A DNA stretch of 14,647 bases, taken from contig JBMFLH010000051.1 of assembly GCA_049971295.1 (NCBI GenBank), positions 1-14,647 of the forward strand. The letters run 5' to 3'. Source of the stretch: Candidatus Ratteibacteria bacterium. Its GTDB lineage: Bacteria > Ratteibacteria > UBA8468 > B48-G9 > DTJG01. Numbering within the stretch: the stretch's first letter is position 1; each line of letters starts with the position of its first letter. Positions 6,823 through 14,647 of the stretch are shown piece by piece. The notes under the pieces were generated by a model. The model had not been told where the DNA came from. It was given only the letters and a program-made list of their open reading frames with translations, and did no database searches. Made by a program: the position numbers and the translations under genes.

Positions 6823-7430
6823 ATGAAAATGTTAGTGTACCTAACTATATCTGAGATAAGGGAAGAGACAAGAAGGCATGAAAACATCAGGTATTTTTTG
6901 CTGGAAGGACTGAAGGAACTTCTGAAATTGATAGCATCTACCCGTTCAGACAATTTTATCTGCGCAGCATAGAAAGGAGAATCAAGCGAACTGCTATCAG
7001 GACTTGAACTTGGAGAATGGAATCCAGAATGATTTACTATATCAATGAAAATCGTCAGAAATGTATGGAAAACAGGAGTACTTCTGTTTGCATGGCAAAG
7101 TGGCAAAGAAACTGCTTGGTGATAAGGATTAATTTTGGCGAGAAAAAGGACAATCTGAGAGTGGTTTCAAAATTTCTGAAGTGGAAGTCGAATATTTTTA
7201 TACACAGATTCATTGACGATGGAAATTTGCTGGCAAAAATTCGTTTGCCTTATCATCGCACAACTCATACGCCAGAGTTCATAGAAAAAATTCTTAAAGA
7301 GCAAGAATTTTCAGATAAAGATAATTTTGAGACATATTTTCATATTTTTCAGGACCTTGGAATTGCCCGTCGGACCAGGGAAAAAATTCCCAGAAAAAGA
7401 AGAATAAAAAAAGAAAAATCATGCTTGTGA
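6823..7430 (+). pseudogene. degraded gene remnant: 49-aa ORF (6823-6972) plus 137-aa ORF (7017-7430); possibly a decayed class I SAM methyltransferase
   Basis: Coding-like segments switch frame and contain stops. NFGEKKDNLRVVSKFLKWKSNIFI and EFIEKILKEQEF loosely resemble methyltransferase C-terminal motifs. TATAAT at 6819-6824. Confidence 0.25.
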
Positions 7431-7439
7431 CAACGCAAC

Positions 7440-8744
7440 ATGGCAAAGTCGGCAGTTTTCATTAATCCGCCTGTATACGATTTTTCTGCATTTGACCTAT
7501 GGAGCAAGCCCTATGGACTTCTTTTTATTGTTGACCTTTTTGTTAAAAACAACTGGGACATTTATTACTTTGACTTTATGGACAGAAATCACCCATTTTA
7601 TCAGGACAGGAAGAAAGATAAAAGGTTTGGCTGTGGGAATTATTTTTCTCAGATTGTTGAGAAACCTTCTATTTATGTCAACATTCCAAGGAAGTATAAA
7701 AGATTTGGTTTGCCACAGAATATTTTTCTTGAATTTCTTGAAGGAATCAAAGATGTTGATGTAATACTCATCAGTTGTGGGATGACATACTGGTATAAAG
7801 GGGTTCAGGAAATTGTCAATATCTGTAAGAAAATGAAAAAGGTGCCCGTGATTCTCGGAGGTGCGTATCCAACTTTTTGTTCTGAACATGCAAGGAATAT
7901 CGGTGCTGATATGGTTTTTGAAGGCGCAAATATCAGAGATTTTGTTTCAAAATTCAATAAATGTACAGGATTTCAATTGAGATATGTTGAAAAATGTACA
8001 CCATACTGGCAGGTGTACGAAAAACTTTCGTATCTTGTTGTTCGTACAGGTTTCGGTTGTCCGTTTTCATGTTATTATTGTGGAGTGCAAAAAATATATC
8101 AAGAATATTTACTCAGGGATATTGATGAAGTGGTTGAGGAAGTGAATGAAAATGTTTCCAGGTACAGCGTCAGACATATCGCCTTTTATGATGATGCGCT
8201 TTTCTGTCATTTTGAAACCCATCTAAAAAAAATTCTTGAAAAAATTATATCCGCTCATAAAGATTTAAATTTTCATACCCCAAACGGTATTCATCCAAAA
8301 TATATCACACCAGACCTCGGTTTTTTCTTAAAGGACGCAGGTTTTAAAACCTTACGACTATCAGTGGAGACCTTTGATGAAAAGCGGCAGAAAGAATCAA
8401 GTTTCAAGGTCTGTCTTTCGGAATTTGAAAATGCAATGAAAAATCTCGTTGACGCAAAATTTTCAAAACAGGAGATCGGCGTATATATTCTTGCAGGACT
8501 GCCCGATCAGAATATTGAAGATGTGGCTGGGACTATAAAATTTTTGAAACAGTTTCCATGTGAGATCAAAATTGCTGAATACAGCCCGATTCCAGGGACT
8601 ATTGATTTTGAACTTTCAAAAAGACTTTATCCAGCACTACCGCTTGATGAACCACTGTATCAGAATAACTCTATATTTCCACTCTGGAACTTTGAAGGAA
8701 AATGGGAGAAAATTAACTGGCTGAAGAATCTTGCGAAATCTTAA
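7440..8744 (+). CDS. B12-binding domain radical SAM protein
   Basis: N-terminal INPPVYDFSAFDLWSKPYGLL and VPVILGGAYPT (cobalamin-binding). CxxxCxxC motif GCPFSCYYC. FYDDAL, FHTPNG, YILAGLPDQ and EYSPIPGT motifs. Confidence 0.92.
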   Translation: MAKSAVFINPPVYDFSAFDLWSKPYGLLFIVDLFVKNNWDIYYFDFMDRNHPFYQDRKKDKRFGCGNYFSQIVEKPSIYVNIPRKYKRFGLPQNIFLEFLEGIKDVDVILISCGMTYWYKGVQEIVNICKKMKKVPVILGGAYPTFCSEHARNIGADMVFEGANIRDFVSKFNKCTGFQLRYVEKCTPYWQVYEKLSYLVVRTGFGCPFSCYYCGVQKIYQEYLLRDIDEVVEEVNENVSRYSVRHIAFYDDALFCHFETHLKKILEKIISAHKDLNFHTPNGIHPKYITPDLGFFLKDAGFKTLRLSVETFDEKRQKESSFKVCLSEFENAMKNLVDAKFSKQEIGVYILAGLPDQNIEDVAGTIKFLKQFPCEIKIAEYSPIPGTIDFELSKRLYPALPLDEPLYQNNSIFPLWNFEGKWEKINWLKNLAKS

Positions 8745-8805
8745 TTTTTAAGCATATACGATTTTTTAACGTAAAATAGTCAATGAATTAACAGGAGTCA
8801 AAACT

Positions 8806-10407
8806 ATGAGCAATAGAGAACAGATTTTTACAGATATTCCATCATATGTGGTTGGTGAATTCAAGGACGCAAAAGGAACAGGTGCTGGCTGGATTTCATT
8901 TGACTATCAGCTTGACAATTTTTCTGGAAAAGGCATTGCTACAGGAGCGATCTCTCCAGCACATGAAATCGTTCTGGACCTTAAACTGAATGGATGGCAC
9001 AAACTTTACATTGCATTTAATCCTGCTATCAGGGTGTGGCTTGATGGTGATAAGGGTTACTGGCAGATTTCTGGTTCTCCTTATAATGTCAGGGATTACT
9101 TTTGTTTTGAGGCGGATTTCACAGGCAGGAAACTTCACATTGCGCCTGTGCGGGGAGCATTTACTAATAAGGAAATGATTCTTTTCTACATCAGGGTTGT
9201 TCCGTGCATCAAGCATCAGTCCAGAAGAAATCTGATTGCAACAAATGATGGTCATGGTGTGTTCTGGGAAGGTCTTGATTCCTACAAAGATTTGTACAAA
9301 TATATCCTGCTTCTTAAAGACAGTGATTTTTTCAGAATTCTGTGGGGCGTTTATGGTGGTGGCCTTTTGAGTGTGAAAAAATCAAAAGTTGCAGATAAGA
9401 TTCCATGGCCTGACGAAGTATGTTTTTATGAGAATGCATGGGTGTTTAATCGATCTGTTGAAAATGTCGTTAGACAGGGAGTTGACCCACTTGCTCTGGT
9501 AAGAGAAATTACTGGAGAAACAGGATTGGAACTTCACTTTTATTTCAGAGTTGGCGCATTTTACTGGCCATTTCCACTGCATGGTTATACATCCAGCTTT
9601 TATCTGGAAAATCCACAGTGGCATTGTGTGGACGAATACGGAAGAAAAGTGAAAAGAATCAGTTATGCTTTTTCGCAGGTACAGGATAGGGTTATGGCTT
9701 ATTTTGAAGAACTTCTTGAGTACAATCCTGATGGAATATGCCTTGCATTTAACAGGGGATTACCACTGATGATTTGTGAGCAACCAGTACTTGATGAGTT
9801 TGAAAAAACATATGGAAGAAGACCGAAACTGCCTGAAGAGGTTGACAGTCCTGAGATGCTGACAGTAAGACACAAACTTCTTTCTGATTTCGTTGCTCGC
9901 GTTCACAATCTTGTTACCTTGCATGGAAAATCTCTTTCGTGCATTGTGCCTCGTGATTTTGAGAAAAATTTAATTTTTGGGCTTGACATAGAGATGCTGG
10001 TGAAAAAAGGATATTTTGAATCTGTGTGTGTGGGCGCAGGTCACAAGGACGACCCGGAACTGAACAGCGACCTTGAACCACTGAAAAAATTAAAGGTTTC
10101 TGGTACAAAAATTTATCCTGGCGGTTCTGGTGTTAATGCTCATGGTGGAGCATGGAAGCCACAGGACCTTGTTGCGAGGGCAAGATTTATGTCTCAGATT
10201 CTTGATCACGGGTTTGATGGCGCATATTTCTGGGACATAAACCAGATTGTTGAAAGTGGAACAGAATGGGAAATTATCAGACAATTCAGCGACAGGGATA
10301 TGTTGAGCAAGATTTTACAAGGAAAATTTCCTGTCATTAAGTACCACGATACAAAAAAAATCTATGATCTGGTTGTTGACAGATACAATCCCTGGAATGC
10401 CTATTGA
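8806..10407 (+). CDS. hypothetical protein with glycoside hydrolase-like TIM barrel (GHL10/DUF187-like)
   Basis: GLELHFYFR, SSFYLENPQW, ISYAFSQVQDRVMAYFEELLEYNPDGICLAFNR and GFDGAYFWD motifs. SD AGGAG upstream. No signal peptide. Confidence 0.6.
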   Translation: MSNREQIFTDIPSYVVGEFKDAKGTGAGWISFDYQLDNFSGKGIATGAISPAHEIVLDLKLNGWHKLYIAFNPAIRVWLDGDKGYWQISGSPYNVRDYFCFEADFTGRKLHIAPVRGAFTNKEMILFYIRVVPCIKHQSRRNLIATNDGHGVFWEGLDSYKDLYKYILLLKDSDFFRILWGVYGGGLLSVKKSKVADKIPWPDEVCFYENAWVFNRSVENVVRQGVDPLALVREITGETGLELHFYFRVGAFYWPFPLHGYTSSFYLENPQWHCVDEYGRKVKRISYAFSQVQDRVMAYFEELLEYNPDGICLAFNRGLPLMICEQPVLDEFEKTYGRRPKLPEEVDSPEMLTVRHKLLSDFVARVHNLVTLHGKSLSCIVPRDFEKNLIFGLDIEMLVKKGYFESVCVGAGHKDDPELNSDLEPLKKLKVSGTKIYPGGSGVNAHGGAWKPQDLVARARFMSQILDHGFDGAYFWDINQIVESGTEWEIIRQFSDRDMLSKILQGKFPVIKYHDTKKIYDLVVDRYNPWNAY

Positions 10408-10466
10408 ATGTGTTGCGTGGAAAGTGTTTTTGCTGTTTAATAATGTAGTACACAGAAAGGATACAT

Positions 10467-11897
10467 ATGAGTAAGGAGAAAGACCCGCTGGAAAATTGGG
10501 ACCTTTTTAACCAGGAACCAGAGAGTCATACAGGACAGGTTCAGCCGGTAGAGAAAAAACAGTATCTAACAGTGAATGAATTTCTCGATCTGGTGAATGA
10601 GAATCTTGTAAAAATCGATTGCAGGGTTCTTGGAGAGATGAGTGATATTAATGCGAGAGACAGATACTGTTTTTTTGTTCTGAAAGAATCTGACCCTGAT
10701 GCAGAATCTGCTGTGGTTGAGTGTTTCATTGGCTGGAGGAGTTATGAAACTTATAAGCATCTTCTTCAGGATGGAATGCAAGTTGTTGTGACCGGGTTTG
10801 CTGGTATTTATAAAAAGTCAGGCAGGTTCAGAATAGAAGTTACCAGGATTGAGCCATTTGGAGAAGGTGCATTAAAACAGGCATTTGAAGCGCTGAAAAA
10901 GAAATTGGAAGAAAAAGGTTATTTTGCACCAGAACACAAAAAGGTCCTGCCGGATATTATTCAAAAAATAGGGCTGGTTACTTCAGGAGCAGGCGCTGCT
11001 ATAAAGGACTTTTTGAAAAATCTTGGTCAGTATGGATTTCAAATTTATCATGTGAATGTATATGTTGAAGGTGAGTATGCAGAGGACTCAATTATCTCAG
11101 CCATCAGATATTTCAACAGGAATATGCCGTATCTTGATGTGATTGTTTTAATCAGGGGCGGTGGGTCTCTTGAAAGTTTGAAGGCGTTTAATTCAGAGGC
11201 AGTGGCTGATGCGATTTTTGATTCACGATTGCCGGTGATTACTGGCATTGGCCACGAAAGAGATGTCACAATTGCAGACTTTGTCGCTGACAGAAGTTTT
11301 TCAACACCCACTGCTGTTGCTGCCTTTATAAGAACTCAGAGGGAACAGTTGATTCAAAATCTTGATTTGATTGTGGATGGTTTTTTTTCCTCAATGGAAG
11401 GAAATTTTGAAACCTTGCAGCAAACCATTCAATTGTTTCAACAGGATATTTTGTCCTGTTTTGAAGACATTCTCGAGCGATACTCTTTTTCAATCCGGCA
11501 CTGCGCTGAACGGATGCACGGTCGGTTGAACATGGTTTTCGACTCATACAGAACCGTTGAAAAGAAATTTATCAGCGCACTTAATGAATGGCACCTTCGC
11601 ACAAACAATCTGCAGAGTTCTTTTCTTGAAATGAAACAGGGACTTCTTCATAGTTTTCAATCGTTGCTTGAAATGTTGAACAACCGGCTGAAAATTGCGG
11701 AAGCAAGGTTAACATCCTCAAATCCTGAAACGATTTTAAGCCGCGGCTACAGCATTGTGTACGATCATGAGAACAAACTGGTCAAGGATGCCAGTAAAAC
11801 AAAGCCAGGAGACAGTATTCGTATCAAACTTTACAAAGGAAAAATTATTTCAAGGATTGAGCAAACACATGATATTGAAAGGGGTGAAAAATGCTAA
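10467..11897 (+). CDS. xseA: exodeoxyribonuclease VII large subunit
   Basis: OB-fold N-terminus, then GEGALKQAFEALKKKLEEKGYF, IGLVTSGAGAA, RGGGSLESLKAFNSE, PVITGIGHERD, ADFVAD, TPTA and NPETILSRGYSIV motifs. Confidence 0.96.
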   Translation: MSKEKDPLENWDLFNQEPESHTGQVQPVEKKQYLTVNEFLDLVNENLVKIDCRVLGEMSDINARDRYCFFVLKESDPDAESAVVECFIGWRSYETYKHLLQDGMQVVVTGFAGIYKKSGRFRIEVTRIEPFGEGALKQAFEALKKKLEEKGYFAPEHKKVLPDIIQKIGLVTSGAGAAIKDFLKNLGQYGFQIYHVNVYVEGEYAEDSIISAIRYFNRNMPYLDVIVLIRGGGSLESLKAFNSEAVADAIFDSRLPVITGIGHERDVTIADFVADRSFSTPTAVAAFIRTQREQLIQNLDLIVDGFFSSMEGNFETLQQTIQLFQQDILSCFEDILERYSFSIRHCAERMHGRLNMVFDSYRTVEKKFISALNEWHLRTNNLQSSFLEMKQGLLHSFQSLLEMLNNRLKIAEARLTSSNPETILSRGYSIVYDHENKLVKDASKTKPGDSIRIKLYKGKIISRIEQTHDIERGEKC

Positions 11898-12133
11898 AGG
11901 ATAAGGAGAAATTGAAAAGTGCGCTTCAAAAACTCGAAAAGATTGTTGAAGAACTCGGGAAAAAGGATATAGATGTCGAACAGGGACTTGAAAAGTTTCG
12001 CGAAGGGGTGGAACTGATCAAGTTTTGCAGGACTCAACTTCAAAAGGCAGAAAACGAGTTTATTCAGTTGAAACAGGAACTTGAACAGGAATCAGGGAAA
12101 CAAGAAATTGAATCCGAAGAAGAAAATCTATGA
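11891..12133 (+). CDS. xseB: exodeoxyribonuclease VII small subunit
   Basis: ALQKLEKIVEEL...VEQGLEKFREGVELIKFCRTQLQKAE. Overlaps the xseA stop. Confidence 0.93.
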   Translation: MLKDKEKLKSALQKLEKIVEELGKKDIDVEQGLEKFREGVELIKFCRTQLQKAENEFIQLKQELEQESGKQEIESEEENL

Positions 12134-12846
12134 AAGAAAGAAAAAAAGTATGGACAGTTTCTGACCTACCTGCTGAGGAAAGACCAAGGGAACGACTTTT
12201 GAAACTCGGTCCTCAATCTGTTTCAACTCAAGAACTTCTGGCAATTATCATTGCCAGTGGAGTCAAAGATATGCCTGTGATGATGGCAGCGCAGTGCTTG
12301 CTTTCTTGCTTTGGTTCGCTTTCAAAAATTGCGGATGCCTCAGAACAAGAACTGAAGATGGCAATCAAGGGATTAGGACCTGCGAAAATTGCGAGATTGA
12401 AAGCATGTTTTGAGTTAGCAAGACGACTGGAAAACGAAGAACATAAAAATGAGTTGCACTATAAGGACGAAAAAATCACAAATCCAGCCCTGGCATATTC
12501 GTTGATAAAAAAACACATTCGCGCTTATAAAAAAGAACATTTTTTCGTGGTTTCTCTTGATTCAAGAAACAGGATTCTCGGTGTAGATGAAATATCCACT
12601 GGCACCCTTGAAGCCAGTATCGTTCATCCTCGCGAAACATTTGAATCAGCAATCAAGCGTCAGGCAGCAAAAATCATTATTGCTCACAATCATCCGTCTG
12701 ATGACCCTGCTCCCAGTGAAGATGATATTGGTATCACCGCCAGATTAAAGGAAGCAGGGCTAATTATGGGCATAGAACTGATTGACCACATTGTGATTTG
12801 TAAAAATTCTTTTTTCAGTTTTAAGGAAAAGGGTTTGATTTTCTAA
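12130..12846 (+). CDS. radC: RadC/UPF0758 family protein (JAB/JAMM domain)
   Basis: ERPRERLLKLG, HhH IKGLGPAK, KEHF, VHPRE, HNHPSDDPAPSEDD and LIDHIVI motifs. ATGA overlap with xseB. Confidence 0.95.
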   Translation: MKERKKVWTVSDLPAEERPRERLLKLGPQSVSTQELLAIIIASGVKDMPVMMAAQCLLSCFGSLSKIADASEQELKMAIKGLGPAKIARLKACFELARRLENEEHKNELHYKDEKITNPALAYSLIKKHIRAYKKEHFFVVSLDSRNRILGVDEISTGTLEASIVHPRETFESAIKRQAAKIIIAHNHPSDDPAPSEDDIGITARLKEAGLIMGIELIDHIVICKNSFFSFKEKGLIF

Positions 12847-12862
12847 ATCTATCATTTCACAG

Positions 12863-14185
12863 ATGCTTTCATCCCGTCAGAAAGTTTTTTTGATGTCTGG
12901 GTTGGTGGCAGGCACAATTTTTTTTACTGTGTCTCTGGGTCCTGTATTTACACTGTTTTTGTTGAAGATAGGAGTCAGGGAAAAAATCATTGGAATTCTG
13001 TCGATTCTGCCTTCAGTCGTTGGTATTTTTTCTCTGTGGATGATACGCACTGTCGCAAAAAATCCTGTGGCAAATTTCATTAATGCTGCATGGAAGTTGT
13101 TTGTTATTGAATGCTGTTTTCTCCCTGTTTTTATCTTGGCTAATATTTTACCATCATCCATAATCATTGCGACATTCAGTTTGTTGTTGTTTGCTTTTTA
13201 TTTTCCGAGCCAGCAATATGTTTATGCCTGGTTTCCAGTGATTGAGTCAATCATTCCTTCTTATGACAGAGGTCGCTTCCTTGGAACTTTAAGAATTATT
13301 CTTACTTTTGCTGGATATTGTTTGCTTTTTGTTTGTTCAAAAATACTTGGTCCAGACCCCGACTATTTAAAATTTTTTTTCGCACATCTTATGATAGTGA
13401 TGATTTCAATCTGTTTTCCTGTTTTCCTTTCCCGCTCCGGTATCCCTGAAATAAGAATGGAAGCGTCGGAAAAAATAGGATTTCTGGATGAATTCATAAG
13501 AATTTTGAATAATAAGGACCATGCTGCTTATTTTAGATTTCTGGCAATCTGGACGTTTATTACAGGTATTACGGGTCCATTTCTGATGCCATTTTATAAA
13601 ACAGAATTGGGGCTTTCAACATCATTCTGCGTGACCCTGGCATCAGTCAACACACTGGGTTATGGTCTTTCTGTCTTCGGGTGGGGCAGGGTCGTTGACA
13701 GGCATGGTAGCAGGTATGTATTGTTTGTTTCCTGTTGTTTTGCAGTGTTGTATTTATTATTGTTATCTCATGTTCATTTGTTTCCAGAGCCATTGAGGGG
13801 AAAATTTTTGCTTTTTATATCATTTTTTGGTGGATTTGTTTTTGCAGGTCAGTTGATGGGAGATACAACAAGAAGGATGGCTCTCTCTCCTGAACAGAAT
13901 AAGTCATCATACTTTGCATATATGCTTGTGTTTGGAGCGCAGTTGCCTTTGATTGTTGCTTCTCCCTTATCGGGTTTTATACTTCAGCGGTATAGGGACT
14001 TTCGGTCAGGATTTTACGGGATTTATCAGATTATTATGATTTTGACAGGGTTTCTTTACCTGCTTCTGCTTTATCAAATTCTTCAAATGAGACCATTGAA
14101 AGAAAAACCAGTTGTAGAACTTTTGAAATACGATATCACAGAAAGTTTAATGAAACTTAGAGATATTATCGCAAACCCGCCATGA
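12863..14185 (+). CDS. MFS transporter
   Basis: About 12 hydrophobic segments, with IIPSYDRGRFLG and MFS motif-A-like WGRVVDRHGSR. Confidence 0.88.
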   Translation: MLSSRQKVFLMSGLVAGTIFFTVSLGPVFTLFLLKIGVREKIIGILSILPSVVGIFSLWMIRTVAKNPVANFINAAWKLFVIECCFLPVFILANILPSSIIIATFSLLLFAFYFPSQQYVYAWFPVIESIIPSYDRGRFLGTLRIILTFAGYCLLFVCSKILGPDPDYLKFFFAHLMIVMISICFPVFLSRSGIPEIRMEASEKIGFLDEFIRILNNKDHAAYFRFLAIWTFITGITGPFLMPFYKTELGLSTSFCVTLASVNTLGYGLSVFGWGRVVDRHGSRYVLFVSCCFAVLYLLLLSHVHLFPEPLRGKFLLFISFFGGFVFAGQLMGDTTRRMALSPEQNKSSYFAYMLVFGAQLPLIVASPLSGFILQRYRDFRSGFYGIYQIIMILTGFLYLLLLYQILQMRPLKEKPVVELLKYDITESLMKLRDIIANPP

Positions 14186-14188
14186 GCA

Positions 14189-14217
14189 TTTATCGAATTT
14201 CTTTTACGGTGTATAAT
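14189..14217 (+). promoter_or_regulatory. possible promoter for the second MFS gene
   Basis: Perfect TATAAT at 14212-14217, with a weak -35 (TTTATC, 14189-14194) at 17-bp spacing. Confidence 0.35.
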
Positions 14218-14239
14218 CAAACTTAACCAGGAATGAGAT

Positions 14240-14647
14240 ATGCTATCGCAACAGGAAAAGAATATTCTTTTTATAGGCCAGGTTGCCGGGAATACTTATT
14301 ATACGGTTGCATTCAATGGTGTACTTACCCTTTTTCTTCTTAAAATTGGTGTAAAGGAGGCGCTTCTTGGCATTCTTTCAGTAATACCATTTATCGTTGG
14401 TATTGCTTCTTCTTTTTTCATTTCCTGGATAGGGAAAAATTATACAAGGCTTCTCAGGCCTGTTGCATGTTTACTCGCAGGTCTGGCATTTTTGCTTCTT
14501 CCGCTTTTTCTCGTCACTGAAAAAATTGGTTATTCTGCAAGTGTCATATATTATGCCATTTTTACTTTACTTTTCTGGGCAGGAACCCAGATTTCGTCTC
14601 TTGCCTGGTTTCCTGTTGTCCAGCTATGGGTTCCAGAAGAAGAAAGG
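14240..14647 (+). CDS. MFS transporter, 5' part (runs off the window); paralog of the upstream MFS
   Basis: Open frame from ATG 14240: MLSQQEKNILFIGQVAGNTYYTVAFNGVLTLFLLKIGVKEALLGILSVIP...AWFPVVQLWVPEEER. It is absent from the ORF track because it has no stop in the window. Confidence 0.85.
   Translation, partial: MLSQQEKNILFIGQVAGNTYYTVAFNGVLTLFLLKIGVKEALLGILSVIPFIVGIASSFFISWIGKNYTRLLRPVACLLAGLAFLLLPLFLVTEKIGYSASVIYYAIFTLLFWAGTQISSLAWFPVVQLWVPEEER

Noticed and set aside
6970..7010. In-frame TAG/TGA as pyrrolysine or selenocysteine recoding
   Set aside because: No SECIS-like hairpin or redox motif was seen, and the surrounding frames contain several disruptions consistent with decay.
12130..12846. 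radC as a marker of a prophage or ICE
   Set aside because: It is the full-length form with the N-terminal HhH region, and no integrase, att site or mobile genes are nearby.
1..14647. CRISPR arrays, tRNA/rRNA genes, IS elements
   Set aside because: No regularly spaced repeats, cloverleaf, rRNA-like sequence, transposase or terminal inverted repeats were recognised by eye.

Overview
AT-rich bacterial window, probably from a diderm organism because it encodes an outer-membrane beta-barrel. The left third (minus strand) holds an exported SagB/nitroreductase-family gene, then a divalent-metal uptake operon: an 88-aa leader ORF (HxH, CxxC, C-terminal RGPP), an outer-membrane barrel ending in GAHAAHTF, a ZnuA/TroA-family binding protein and a ZnuB/MntB-family permease, with no ATPase. 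The most striking feature is that the RGPP codons of the leader can base-pair with the Shine-Dalgarno (SD) and start codon of the barrel gene. This suggests a ribosome-stalling, metal-sensing translational switch of the DUF2946/CruR/CutF type. The promoter of this operon also carries a perfect 11-bp inverted repeat. The middle (plus strand, 4596-7430) looks like a patchwork of truncated genes: a ceramidase-like N-part, a GH42-type trimerisation-domain fragment, a beta-propeller tail and a decayed ORF. The right part carries a B12-binding radical SAM enzyme, a GHL10-like protein, a coupled xseA-xseB-radC cluster and two tandem paralogous MFS transporters. No rRNA, tRNA, CRISPR array or IS element was recognised. 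All family calls come from reading motifs by eye, not from database searches.
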